From an uncultured Collinsella sp. (lineage in GTDB: Bacteria; Actinomycetota; Coriobacteriia; Coriobacteriales; Coriobacteriaceae), in contig UROR01000001.1 in NCBI GenBank assembly GCA_900549535.1, positions 1 to 43,470 of the forward strand: a stretch of DNA of 43,470 nucleotides. Direction: 5' to 3'. The translations under genes were made by a program, and so were the position numbers. The first letter of the stretch is position 1; each line of letters opens with the position of its first letter. Shown piece by piece: positions 1 to 8,607 of the stretch. The notes under the pieces are model-generated. The model had not been told where the DNA came from, searched no databases, and saw nothing but the letters and a program-made list of their open reading frames with translations.

Positions 1-20
1 AGATGCCGAAACCCCTAGAC

Positions 21-57
21 AAAGAAAAAGGTCGGGAGCTTTTATGCTTCCGACCTG
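21..57 (-). terminator. Rho-independent terminator downstream of the tRNA-Met fragment
   Basis: Minus strand reads AGGTCGGAAGC-ATAAAA-GCTCCCGACCT followed by TTTTCTTT. Confidence 0.7.
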
Positions 58-65
58 AAGTTTCA

Positions 66-109
66 TGGTCGCGGGGGCGGATTTGAACCACCGACCTTCG
101 GGTTATGAG
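66..109 (-). tRNA. 3' half only of initiator-type tRNA-Met(CAT); probable att-site duplication, not an intact tRNA
   Basis: Reverse complement CTCATAA-CCCGA-AGGTC-GGTGG-TTCAAAT-CCGCC-CCCGCG-A-CCA gives anticodon loop, T-arm, acceptor 3' strand and CCA. Similarity stops just 5' of the anticodon loop; no D-arm. Confidence 0.85.
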
Positions 110-138
110 GTCGCTACGACGTTGTTTCATTCAGACAT

Positions 139-241
139 TTCGACCCAAATTGAAGTCAATATAACTCCAGGTCATTTGATGTTTTCATAGATTTACGAAA
201 GAAAAGTACGCGGAATAATTCGACCCAAATTCGACCCACAA
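139..241 (+). repeat. TTCGACCCA direct repeats (139, 219, 230); candidate integrase arm-type binding sites
   Basis: Three exact copies between the tRNA fragment and the integrase start. Confidence 0.6.
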
Positions 242-390
242 CGAGCTTGAAAGCGGTCAGGCAGAGCATTACCCTTGGGGTGTGACCCCACGCAGGGCCC
301 ACCACCAAGGGTAATGCCCACTCGCCCCAGCCCTTTGCGCCATTCCGCGCAACCGAGCGCGATTCTCAGGCACTTCAGGCAAGGAACACG

Positions 391-1290
391 ATGAACGACC
401 GACCTCTCGTCATAGGCAAAGGAACGAAGCAACGCCGCGACAAATACACGTGGCGCTACCGTCACAGCCTCGGCAAGGATCCGGTCACGGGCAAATACCG
501 CTATTCGCCGTGGCAGACCATACATACCACCAAAAGCCGAGAGGTCGACGCCGCACTCGAAGCCTACAAGGCAGAACTCAACAGCGGCACCTACGTCCAA
601 AAATCGAGGGACACCGTCGGCTCGTACGCAAAAAAGTTCCACGACAACCGCGAAGGAACCATCACGCCGCTCGCCTACTCGACATCCTACTCAATCGAGA
701 ACCGGACGCGCACATCACATGCGTGATGCTCATGCTCGACACCGACATGAGAAGGGCAGAAGCCCTCGGGATGACGTGGTCCGATGCCTCCGTCGAGAAC
801 AGAAGCATCCTCATTGAGCAGCAGTTCGCGGCCGATCGAAGCGTTCGCTCGCCCAAAAGCAAGAAAAGCGTGCGGAGGATCTCGATAAGCGAGACGCTGA
901 CGTCGTATCTCGAATTCTGGAAAAAGGAGCAGGCCCGCGAAATGGAAGCCTTCGGCCTGGAACAAGTCAAAGGCACTCCGCTCGTCCACTCATTCGAACG
1001 AACGAAAGACAGGCATCCCCAAGTCAACTTCATGGACCTGAATGGGTTTTCGCGCTGGTTCAGAAACTTCAGCGTCGAGAACGGGTTCGGCAAGTTCGAA
1101 GGCGTTCGAACATACCATTATGTGAAGGAAACTGTCGACGGGAAAACGATTTCGAAGCGTTATGAGCATAAAGAGTGGCTCGAATTGAGGGATTACCTCA
1201 GGAAGCATCCCAAGGTTCGCGAGGCGAGGCATATCAGCACATATGAGAGCGAGCACCTTCCTTACGGATATTCGGGCCTATCGAGCCACA
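391..1290 (+). pseudogene. Tyrosine recombinase/integrase pseudogene (frameshift with internal deletion, C-terminally truncated)
   Basis: The frame from 391 encodes an arm-binding-like N-terminus (WRYRHSLGKDPVTGKY). Near 675 the similarity moves to another frame with catalytic-domain motifs (DTDMRRAEALGMTWSD, PKSKKSVRRI). It ends at YSGLSSHT without the HxxR motif or catalytic Tyr. Confidence 0.8.
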
Positions 1291-1689
1291 CCGCTACTGC
1301 CGCTACTGCCCGCTACTGCCCGCCAGCTTCCGAACCAGCGGGCGGTAGCAGCACCCCGAACATCTCGCCGACAGCGCAGAGAGTCGTCGACCTGGCGGCC
1401 AAGGCCGACATCGAGGACGTGATGCTGTGCGACCTGCCCGGCGTCCTGTCCTTCCTAGGGCTGCCACCTGAGACGGAGATGCCACCGGGCAACAAGGGGA
1501 AGACGAAGCTCAAGAAGCTCTACAGGAAGGTGGCGCCGAACAAGGCATACCACTCCGGCGAGCGCGCCAAGGATTTGATCTCGCACCTCGACATGGCAGA
1601 GATCAGGGCATCGGCGCCCGTCCAAGAATTGGGATGCAGTTCAATACGAGCTCGGGGCTCTTTTCGTCTAGATTGGGGACGCATGGCCG

Positions 1690-1814
1690 GACGAAAACAA
1701 TTTGCGTCTGGTAATAAGCGTACGAAAGCGCAATTTACGTCTTAATTCCGTACGCAAATCAAGACGAAAATCGTTTACGTCTGCTTTAATCCGTACGAAA
1801 ACGGTTTTCGTCTT
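1690..1814. repeat. Cluster of short palindromes, consensus about ACGAAAA-N3-TTTWCGTC
   Basis: Copies begin near 1690, 1720, 1763 and 1793, with a half copy at 1750. Confidence 0.6.
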
Positions 1815-1832
1815 GCAGGGCAGTTGCCGTTT

Positions 1833-2924
1833 CTACAGTTCAACTTCCAGTTCGGCTTTGTGCTCGTAGAGGTAGTCGCGCATGTAGGGGATGGCAAATG
1901 AGACCTTGCCGTACGAGGGAGCCTCGATAATCGATTCTCTTAACAGGCGGCTGCGGACGGAACTCACCTGTTGAGGCGTTTTGTTTAGGGCATCGGCAAC
2001 CATGCTGGTCGAGCTCGTCTGCCCCAAAGACGCCATGCTCAGCAGATAAGCGATGCACGTGGGCGGAATGCGCTGCAGCGCGGGCTCAATCACCATGGCG
2101 CAGAAGCGTTCGCGTGCCGTTGCAATGCCACGCTCGGCTTCTTCTTCTCCAATAATCGTTGTATGTGCGCGTCTTGCCAACTGCCATGCGTAGTATCCAA
2201 CGAGTTGGATCATGAAAGGATAGCCCTGCGTTGCCTCGGCAAGTTGGCCGGCAATACCTGGCTGCAACTCCATGCCAGACGCTTCAATGGTTTCCTCGAG
2301 GGAGTACGACACTTCGGTTACTGCCACAGCCTTCAGATCAAAGGGGAGGGCGCGGCGCAAAAACGCAAGTGTCTTTCCGTTGATGATGCTTTCAATCATC
2401 GAAGGCAGCCCAGCAAAAACAAAGGCGATATCAAGGTCTTCGCCGATAACCTGCTGAATCGCAATGGAGAGCGTTCGGACCTCATCGAGCTCTGCGTCTT
2501 GAACCTCGTCGAGAGTGATGAGCAGGCCATTGCCATTCTTGGATATTGTCTGTCTCATGGCGTCGCGTAGCGATGGGCCGATTCGCTCAATATCTATGCT
2601 GCCGATGGATATGCCAGCTACGGTGGGCTCAAATCTGGCGGGTTTGGCCTGGAATTTGGGCTGCAGCTGTTCGAGAATGCGCTGGCAAAGTCCCTCGGTT
2701 GCGACCTCTTTTATGACCGTCCAGCCACGGCTTTGCGCCAAACGTGAGCACTCGTCAAGGAGGACCGTCTTGCCCGTTCCACGGACGCCGGCTATGCGCA
2801 TTAGGCGCCCAGGGGCACCAGGCCCGTTGGTGAGGCCTTCACTGAATTCTTCAAGTACATCTTCGCGGCCGATAATCGTGGGAGGTGTTTTACCTGCTGT
2901 GGGCTTAAAAGGGTTTGTTTGCAT
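1833..2924 (-). CDS. AAA-family (AAA_16-like) ATP-binding protein with C-terminal winged-helix region
   Basis: NPFKPTAG..P..IIGR N-terminus, Walker A GVRGTGKT, Walker B LITLDEVQ, T-GYPFMIQL motif. ATG 2924 follows AAAGGTGG. Confidence 0.85.
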   Translation of the reverse strand: MQTNPFKPTAGKTPPTIIGREDVLEEFSEGLTNGPGAPGRLMRIAGVRGTGKTVLLDECSRLAQSRGWTVIKEVATEGLCQRILEQLQPKFQAKPARFEPTVAGISIGSIDIERIGPSLRDAMRQTISKNGNGLLITLDEVQDAELDEVRTLSIAIQQVIGEDLDIAFVFAGLPSMIESIINGKTLAFLRRALPFDLKAVAVTEVSYSLEETIEASGMELQPGIAGQLAEATQGYPFMIQLVGYYAWQLARRAHTTIIGEEEAERGIATARERFCAMVIEPALQRIPPTCIAYLLSMASLGQTSSTSMVADALNKTPQQVSSVRSRLLRESIIEAPSYGKVSFAIPYMRDYLYEHKAELEVEL

Positions 2925-2940
2925 GTGAGCCACCTTTGCT

Positions 2941-3010
2941 CAAGATATAGCAAGATATAGCAAAGTATAGCAAGATATTGCAAAGTATAGTGAGATATAG
3001 CAACGTATAG
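2941..3010. repeat. Seven tandem 10-bp units (consensus CAAGATATAG) in the ATPase upstream region
   Basis: caagatatag caagatatag caaagtatag caagatattg caaagtatag tgagatatag caacgtatag. Confidence 0.9.
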
Positions 3011-3037
3011 CGCTGTTCTCGGGTTCTTACGGTGGTG

Positions 3038-3718
3038 CTATTTTCCGAATGCCGCGCGGATAAAGCGCTGGGCGAACAGCTTGTTGGCGACGTTGATGAC
3101 ATGGCCCAGGAACAGTGCCGAGATGGCGGTCGTGACGCCAAAGCCGCCCAGGTTGTACATAAGGATCAGCGACAACGCGAGCGAGGCGGCGACATGTGAG
3201 CAGTCAAACACGACTTTTACGTCACCAAAGCGGCGTTTAAGCTTTTCGGCAATGACTTGCACCAAGCCGTCGGGCGCGTTGGGGACAACGCCCATGTTGA
3301 CGACGAGACTTACGCCAAATGCGGTGACAGCGAGGGAGAGCAGCATGGTCGCAATCTGTGTGGGGAGTGCCGTGGGATGCAGTGGGTTGACCGCCATGAA
3401 GAGGTCGGTCAAGCCGCCAATCAGCGTTGAGAAGAACAACTCGAGCAGGATGCGCGGCTGGAACTCGCTTCGCAAGATGGCTAATTGCGCCACGATGTAG
3501 GCGACGTAGGTTGCGGTGATCCAAAAGCCGAGCGTCTTGCCAGTGAGCATGGATAGGGTTGTGGCAAAGCACGTGAGCGCGGCGACGCCCAGGCCGGATG
3601 CCGTCTGGAGACTCATACCGAGTGCCAGTACTGCAACGCCCACAAGATACATCAGCATTCTAATGACGGTATGGCACCAGTCGATGTTCTCGCCATGCAT
3701 GATAATGAGCGGTCGCAT
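3038..3718 (-). CDS. YitT/YczE-like integral membrane protein
   Basis: Two-repeat hydrophobic protein with SGLGV, GVVPNAPDGL and VKVVFDCS motifs; RBS GAAAGGA upstream. Confidence 0.75.
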   Translation of the reverse strand: MRPLIIMHGENIDWCHTVIRMLMYLVGVAVLALGMSLQTASGLGVAALTCFATTLSMLTGKTLGFWITATYVAYIVAQLAILRSEFQPRILLELFFSTLIGGLTDLFMAVNPLHPTALPTQIATMLLSLAVTAFGVSLVVNMGVVPNAPDGLVQVIAEKLKRRFGDVKVVFDCSHVAASLALSLILMYNLGGFGVTTAISALFLGHVINVANKLFAQRFIRAAFGK

Positions 3719-3897
3719 GTTGCTACCCGTCCTTTCGGTTGTGTGAAAAAGCTGACCCGGGCCGGCAAAAGAGGGTTATCGGAGGCACTGCTGCAAAAGC
3801 AGAAAAGCCGGCCCCACGGTCAGTCGTCTAGGAAGTGTCTCGCTGTGCCGGAATGGGACTAAAGGTCCAACGAGACGGGAAGAAAGCAAATGGCATT

Positions 3898-3990
3898 GCG
3901 TGGGCGATAAGATGCCAAGATGGTAGGGTGTGTCTTAACACCCTATTGCCCACGCTCAAACGAAAGCGGTTTCGTTTGAGCCTAAGTATA
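3898..3990 (-). promoter_or_regulatory. Promoter (-10 TATACT), LacI-type operator CGAAAGCGGTTTCG (3961-3974) and 58-nt leader hairpin (3898-3955)
   Basis: Aligns with the kdgK upstream region 7259-7364; palindromic operator with central CG. Confidence 0.7.
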
Positions 3991-4067
3991 CGCACGGGAT
4001 TTTATTTGCGAAGAGAAAAACAATAAAAAGGTGAACGTTCACCTAATCGCAACAACTCGTTGGCTGT

Positions 4068-4134
4068 AGTTGCGGTGGAATAGTTCCTGTTTTTGCTGCT
4101 GAAGGCTTTGAACAGGAACTATTCCACCGCAACT
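4068..4134. repeat. Palindromic element with 24-bp perfect arms (family C, copy 1)
   Basis: AGTTGCGGTGGAATAGTTCCTGTT ... AACAGGAACTATTCCACCGCAACT. Confidence 0.85.
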
Positions 4135-4204
4135 TATGGGGGCGGGGGATGCGATAGTATTGCATGGTGGTATTCGATTAACCGAGGCTTCATCCGAGGG
4201 CTTT

Positions 4205-4894
4205 ATGGAACAGCAGCATTATCAGAGCCTGCAAGACCAGGCGTACAACGCATTGCGGTCCAAGATCATCTATGCCGAGCTCAAGCCCGGCACGCGCCTT
4301 TCGGCGATTGGTCTGGAAAAGGAGACGGGAATCGGACGCACGCCCATTCGCGAGTCCTTTGTGCGCCTGCGTGAGCAGGAGCTGGTGGAAACGCGTCCCA
4401 AAAGCGGCACCTATGTCTCAAAAATCAGCATGGAGCGCGCCGAGAACGCCTGTTTCTTGCGTGAGAAACTCGAGAGAAGCGTGCTCATTAAATGCTGCTC
4501 TGCCGCCACACCCGAGCAGAAGTGTCGGCTCGAGCAGATTCTTGCCGAGTCCGAGTCGCTCGACCATGGCGAGACGCGTCGTTTCTTTGATCTGGATAAC
4601 CTGTTCCATGAGACGTGCTTTGAGATTGCCGGCCGCCATATGTTGTGGGATTGGATGAGGAGCGTCAATACGCATTTTGAGCGGTATAACTGGTTGCGTA
4701 TGGTGTCGCAGGATTTGGATTGGGAGCCGATTCGTCGGCAGCATCGCCGGATTCTCGAGGCCATTAAGGGGGGCGATACCGACACGGCGAGCTATCTGGC
4801 AGAGACGCACCTGCACCTGATGCCCGAAGAGCAAGGTCCGGTTATCGCCTTGCATCCCGACTATTTTGAGCTGTCCAAAGACTCGTTCATCTAA
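4205..4894 (+). CDS. GntR-family transcriptional regulator (FCD domain)
   Basis: wHTH LKPGTRLS..LEKETGIGRTPIRE, DNLFHE and QHRRILEAI motifs; start reassigned to ATG 4205. Confidence 0.9.
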   Translation: MEQQHYQSLQDQAYNALRSKIIYAELKPGTRLSAIGLEKETGIGRTPIRESFVRLREQELVETRPKSGTYVSKISMERAENACFLREKLERSVLIKCCSAATPEQKCRLEQILAESESLDHGETRRFFDLDNLFHETCFEIAGRHMLWDWMRSVNTHFERYNWLRMVSQDLDWEPIRRQHRRILEAIKGGDTDTASYLAETHLHLMPEEQGPVIALHPDYFELSKDSFI

Positions 4895-4908
4895 TCAATC
4901 CCCATATA

Positions 4909-4975
4909 AGTTGCGGTGAAATAGGGACTGTTTTGTGACCTAGGTGGCGCAAACAGTCCCTATTTCACCGCAACT
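4909..4975. repeat. Palindromic element with 25-bp perfect arms (family C, copy 2)
   Basis: AGTTGCGGTGAAATAGGGACTGTTT ... AAACAGTCCCTATTTCACCGCAACT. Confidence 0.85.
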
Positions 4976-5230
4976 GCGTTGGGGTGTGACCGGGGCACAA
5001 AGATGCGGTGCCGCTTGGAGGAAAAGACCGGAAGCAAAGGTCCATTCCTCCAGACGGCGCCGCAGCTGTTTTGATGGCTCGGCTTTTACCGAAGTGGCTC
5101 AGTTGAGCGCGACTGCCAGCCGATTATACAAAGCGGCTCGGGGGCGTGTCGCTTCCGTCACGTTCTATCAGCATACAAGACGGTTTTGGTTCTTGTTCGT
5201 GACGGAAACGGCGCGCTTCCGAGCCGCTTT

Positions 5231-5268
5231 AAAAGAAAGGGGGCGAGGTCTAGGGCACGCCCCCTTTC
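5231..5268 (-). terminator. Terminator after eda
   Basis: GAAAGGGGGCG...CGCCCCCTTTC hairpin followed by TTTT on the minus strand. Confidence 0.7.
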
Positions 5269-5285
5269 ACGATAGAGAGCTAAAC

Positions 5286-5927
5286 CTAGCCGCGGACCTT
5301 CTTGACGACGTCCATGGCCTCGCGGGCGATCTGCTCGACCTTGGAGAAGTCGCCGTCGGCAAACAGGGCCGGCTTGACCATCCAGGTGCCACCGCAGGCG
5401 ATGATGGCGGAGGAGCTCAGGTACTCCTCGACGTTGGCGGTGCTCACGCCGCCGGTAGGCATAAAGCGGTGACCGACAAACGGAGCGGCGAGGGCCTTGA
5501 TGGTGTTCAGGCCGCCATACTGGGACGCGGGGAAGAACTTGGTGACCTTGAGGCCCAGGTTCTCGGCTGCGGTGACCTCGGAGGGGGTCACGGTGCCGGG
5601 AAGGACGGGCAGCTCGATGTCGATGCAATGCTTCACGACGTCCTCGTTGTAACCCGGGGAGACGATGAACTTGGCACCGGCGGCGCGGGCCTGCTCAACC
5701 TGCTCGACGGTCAGGACAGTGCCGGCGCCAACGCACATCTCGGGCTCGGCCTCGGCCATAGCGGCGATGCACTCGGCGGCGCAGGCGGTGCGGAAGGTGA
5801 CCTCGGCGGACTTCATGCCAGCTGCCATAAGAGCGTGGGCGAGCGGGGCGGCGTCCTCGACCTTGTCGAGCACAACGACCGGCACGATGCCCAGGGACTC
5901 AAGCGTGGTGTAGAACTGATCGAACAT
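5286..5927 (-). CDS. eda: KDPG/KHG aldolase
   Basis: EVTFRT, VGAGTV, FIVSPG, KFFPA and FMPTGGVS motifs; ATG 5927 after GAAAGGA. Confidence 0.95.
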   Translation of the reverse strand: MFDQFYTTLESLGIVPVVVLDKVEDAAPLAHALMAAGMKSAEVTFRTACAAECIAAMAEAEPEMCVGAGTVLTVEQVEQARAAGAKFIVSPGYNEDVVKHCIDIELPVLPGTVTPSEVTAAENLGLKVTKFFPASQYGGLNTIKALAAPFVGHRFMPTGGVSTANVEEYLSSSAIIACGGTWMVKPALFADGDFSKVEQIAREAMDVVKKVRG

Positions 5928-6180
5928 GATGTTCCTTTCGATGTGTGGCGCGCATGGGCGCGTGATTACCAAATGTGCTGGTCAGGAGCCGATTTTGGAT
6001 TGGTTATCGGAGGCACCGCTTGGGGTTCAAGCAATTCCAAAACCGGCTGCTCGACCAGTCATGTAGGGAATGCCAGGCAAAACCGGAATGGGACTGGTGG
6101 TTTTGCCCGGCCGGAGGAATCGGGGAGCGGGCCGCAGGGGTATGGGATTGGAAAGCTGCGGCCTGCGGAATGGAGACGGA

Positions 6181-7215
6181 CTAGCGCGCGACGCGGGTGC
6201 CACCGTCGGCGGCTGATGCTACGGCTGCAATCTCGTCTGCGGTCACCAAGTTGGAGTCGCCCTTGATGGTGAGCTTGAGGATCGAAGCCGCAATCGCGTA
6301 GTTGACGGCAGCCTGCGGATCGAAGTCGTTGATGAGGGCGTGGACCAGGCCGGCGTTGAAAGCGTCGCCGGCGGCAACACCCTCAAGCACGTGCACATCG
6401 TGAGCAGGGGAGAACCAGTGCTCGCCGCTCTCGGCGTCAAAGAGCATGCCCATCCAGATGGAGCGCTCGACGCAGGAGATGTTGCGGACGACCGAGGCGA
6501 CCTTCTTGCAGCCGTACTCGGCGCAGATCTGGCGGGCCATCTCGACGTAGGTGTCGCGCTCCTCGATGCCGTGGGCAAGGGAGCCAGAGACGCAGGTCAT
6601 GCCAAGGCCGGCAGGCGCGTCCTCGTCATTGGCGATGCAGATGTCGACGAGCGGCAGGAGTTCCTTCATGGTGGCCTGCGATTTCTCGGGCGACCACATC
6701 TTGCCGCGATAGTTCACGTCGCACACGGTGGTGATGCCCTTGGCGCGGCAGACGGTGAGGGCATCCTTGCAGGCGGCAGCCATCTCATCGGAGACGGCGG
6801 GGGTCACGCCGGAGAAATAGAAGACATCGATGCCCTTGAGGATCTCGTCCCAGTTAAAGACGTCGCGCTTGGCCATGTTGATGGCAGAGTACTTGCGGTC
6901 GTAGACGCAACCGTTACCGCGCTGCGAGGCGCCGACCTCAAACACATAGGAGCCAAGACGGTCGCCCTGACGCACGACGCGCGTGGTGTCGACGCCGTAG
7001 GCCTTCAGCGAACGCAGGGCGCACTCGCCCAGACGGTTGGCCGGGACAACGGAGACGTAAGCGGCCTTGTCACCCTGGTAGGCCAGGGAAAGCGCGGTGT
7101 TGGCTTCGGCGCCGCCGTAGCGGACATCAAACTCGGTCGCCTGCTCAATGCGCAGATGGTCTTTGGGCGAGAGCCTCATCATGATCTCGCCGAAGGTAAG
7201 AACCGTTTTACCCAT
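6181..7215 (-). CDS. kdgK: 2-keto-3-deoxygluconate kinase (PfkB family)
   Basis: TFGEIMMRLSP, GGAEANTA, DVNYRGKMWS and AGDAFNAG motifs; adjacent to eda. Confidence 0.85.
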   Translation of the reverse strand: MGKTVLTFGEIMMRLSPKDHLRIEQATEFDVRYGGAEANTALSLAYQGDKAAYVSVVPANRLGECALRSLKAYGVDTTRVVRQGDRLGSYVFEVGASQRGNGCVYDRKYSAINMAKRDVFNWDEILKGIDVFYFSGVTPAVSDEMAAACKDALTVCRAKGITTVCDVNYRGKMWSPEKSQATMKELLPLVDICIANDEDAPAGLGMTCVSGSLAHGIEERDTYVEMARQICAEYGCKKVASVVRNISCVERSIWMGMLFDAESGEHWFSPAHDVHVLEGVAAGDAFNAGLVHALINDFDPQAAVNYAIAASILKLTIKGDSNLVTADEIAAVASAADGGTRVAR

Positions 7216-7258
7216 GGTCGCGCAGCTCCTTCTTGCTCGTGCGTACACCTTTGATATG

Positions 7259-7364
7259 GCGTTGGCACGGAGGTGCCAAGACGGTAGGGTACATCTTTGC
7301 ACCTCCGTGCCAACGCTTGCCGAAATCGATTTACGAAATCGGTTTCGTTTCGAGTTGTAGTATA
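7259..7364 (-). promoter_or_regulatory. kdgK promoter (-10 TATACT), tandem LacI-type operators (7321-7333, 7334-7347) and 58-nt leader hairpin (7259-7316)
   Basis: CGAAATCGATTTA and CGAAATCGGTTTCG palindromes lie between the divergent kdgK and LacI genes. Confidence 0.75.
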
Positions 7365-7450
7365 CTCACCTACAGCGTTTTGCAAGCGAGATTTTTAAAA
7401 AAATGCCTAAAATGGCTCAGACTGCCGACAATTGGGAAACGGGGTGCGCT

Positions 7451-8473
7451 ATGGCGCAGATGAGAATCAAGGACATTGCCGCCGAGGCGGGCGTGAGCCC
7501 GGCCACGGTCTCGCGCTATCTCAACAACCGCCCCGGGCAGATGACCGAGGAAACCCGTGCTCGCATCGCGGCGGTTATCGAGCGCACCGGCTATCGTCCA
7601 CGTGCCGCCGCGCGCAATCTGCGCAGCTCGCGCACCAACCTCATCGGCGTGATCTTGGCCGACATTGCTAACCCGTTCTCCAGCGCCATGCTCGAAGGGC
7701 TTTCCGCTAGTGCCGCCGCGCGCGGCTGCTCGCTTATGACTGCCATTAGCGGCAATGATTCCGCCAAGGAAGCAGAGTCGCTCACCAGACTTATCGATGC
7801 CGGTGTGGACGGCCTGGTCGTCAACACCTGTGGCGGCAACGACAAGGCGATTGCCGCGGCTGCGGGACGCCTGCCCGTCGTGCTGCTCGACCGCGATGTT
7901 GCCGACGGTGGCATCGATCTGGTGACCTCCAACAACTGTGAGCTGGTCGCCGGCCTGGTAGACGCCTTGGCCTCTGCTGGCAGCGAGCGCCTGTGCCTGC
8001 TCACCGAGGCAAGCGATGACAGCCCCGTGCGTCGCGAGCGCGCTGAGGCCTTTGCCGGCGAGCTTTCGCGCCGCGGTCTTGCGGGCGAGGCCGTCACCCT
8101 GGCCGACGGTGGCGCCACGGGTGTCAGTCGCCTGGACGAGACCATCCGCGGCTATGCGGGTAAAAAGCTCGGCCTCATTGCCGTCAACGGTTTGGTCTTC
8201 CTGCGCCTGACCGAGGCGCTGGCACAGTTGGGACCTTCGTTGCCGGCGGGTCTCAAGATCGCAACGTTTGACGACTATCCCTGGAACCACGTGCTCTTTG
8301 GCGGTGTGACCACGGCAGCGCAGGACACTCTTACCATTGCCGAGCGCGTAGTCGAGCGTCTGTCCGAACGCATCGACATCGTTACCACTACGGTGGGCGA
8401 TGCCGCAAAGCTCGCCCCCAAGCGCATCGAGATCCCCGGCCACATCGAACACCGCGCCTCGACCTTACGCTAG
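7451..8473 (+). CDS. LacI-family repressor (KdgR-like), divergent from kdgK-eda
   Basis: IKDIAAEAGVSPATVSRYLN HTH, hinge YRP..AARNL, periplasmic-binding-protein-like C-terminus. Confidence 0.92.
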   Translation: MAQMRIKDIAAEAGVSPATVSRYLNNRPGQMTEETRARIAAVIERTGYRPRAAARNLRSSRTNLIGVILADIANPFSSAMLEGLSASAAARGCSLMTAISGNDSAKEAESLTRLIDAGVDGLVVNTCGGNDKAIAAAAGRLPVVLLDRDVADGGIDLVTSNNCELVAGLVDALASAGSERLCLLTEASDDSPVRRERAEAFAGELSRRGLAGEAVTLADGGATGVSRLDETIRGYAGKKLGLIAVNGLVFLRLTEALAQLGPSLPAGLKIATFDDYPWNHVLFGGVTTAAQDTLTIAERVVERLSERIDIVTTTVGDAAKLAPKRIEIPGHIEHRASTLR

Positions 8474-8526
8474 CCGCTCGTTCGCAACTGCCTGTTCGCA
8501 CACGTTTTTTGAGCGCTTGATACGCT

Positions 8527-8560
8527 TTAACCCTGCGGAAACATTTTTCTGCGATAGTAT
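8527..8560 (+). promoter_or_regulatory. Candidate GlnR box (TTAAC-N6-GAAAC) and -10 (TAGTAT) of glnA
   Basis: Matches the actinobacterial GlnR half-site arrangement gTnAc-N6-GaAAc. Confidence 0.55.
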
Positions 8561-8607
8561 CTGCGATATAGACCAGTCGAAACCCGCCCGAAAGAAAGGG
8601 GAGCGAC

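Noticed and set aside
450..1745. 431-aa ORF as an intact integrase
   Set aside because: It is chimeric: an off-frame N-terminus, a partial catalytic domain without HxxR or Tyr, and an unrelated tail running into repeats.
2941..3010. Plasmid iteron origin
   Set aside because: No Rep gene is recognisable nearby and the context is chromosomal; kept only as a promoter array.
4029..4044. Perfect 16-bp palindrome AGGTGAACGTTCACCT as the GntR operator
   Set aside because: Plausible binding site, but single copy and cannot be tied to a regulator from this window.
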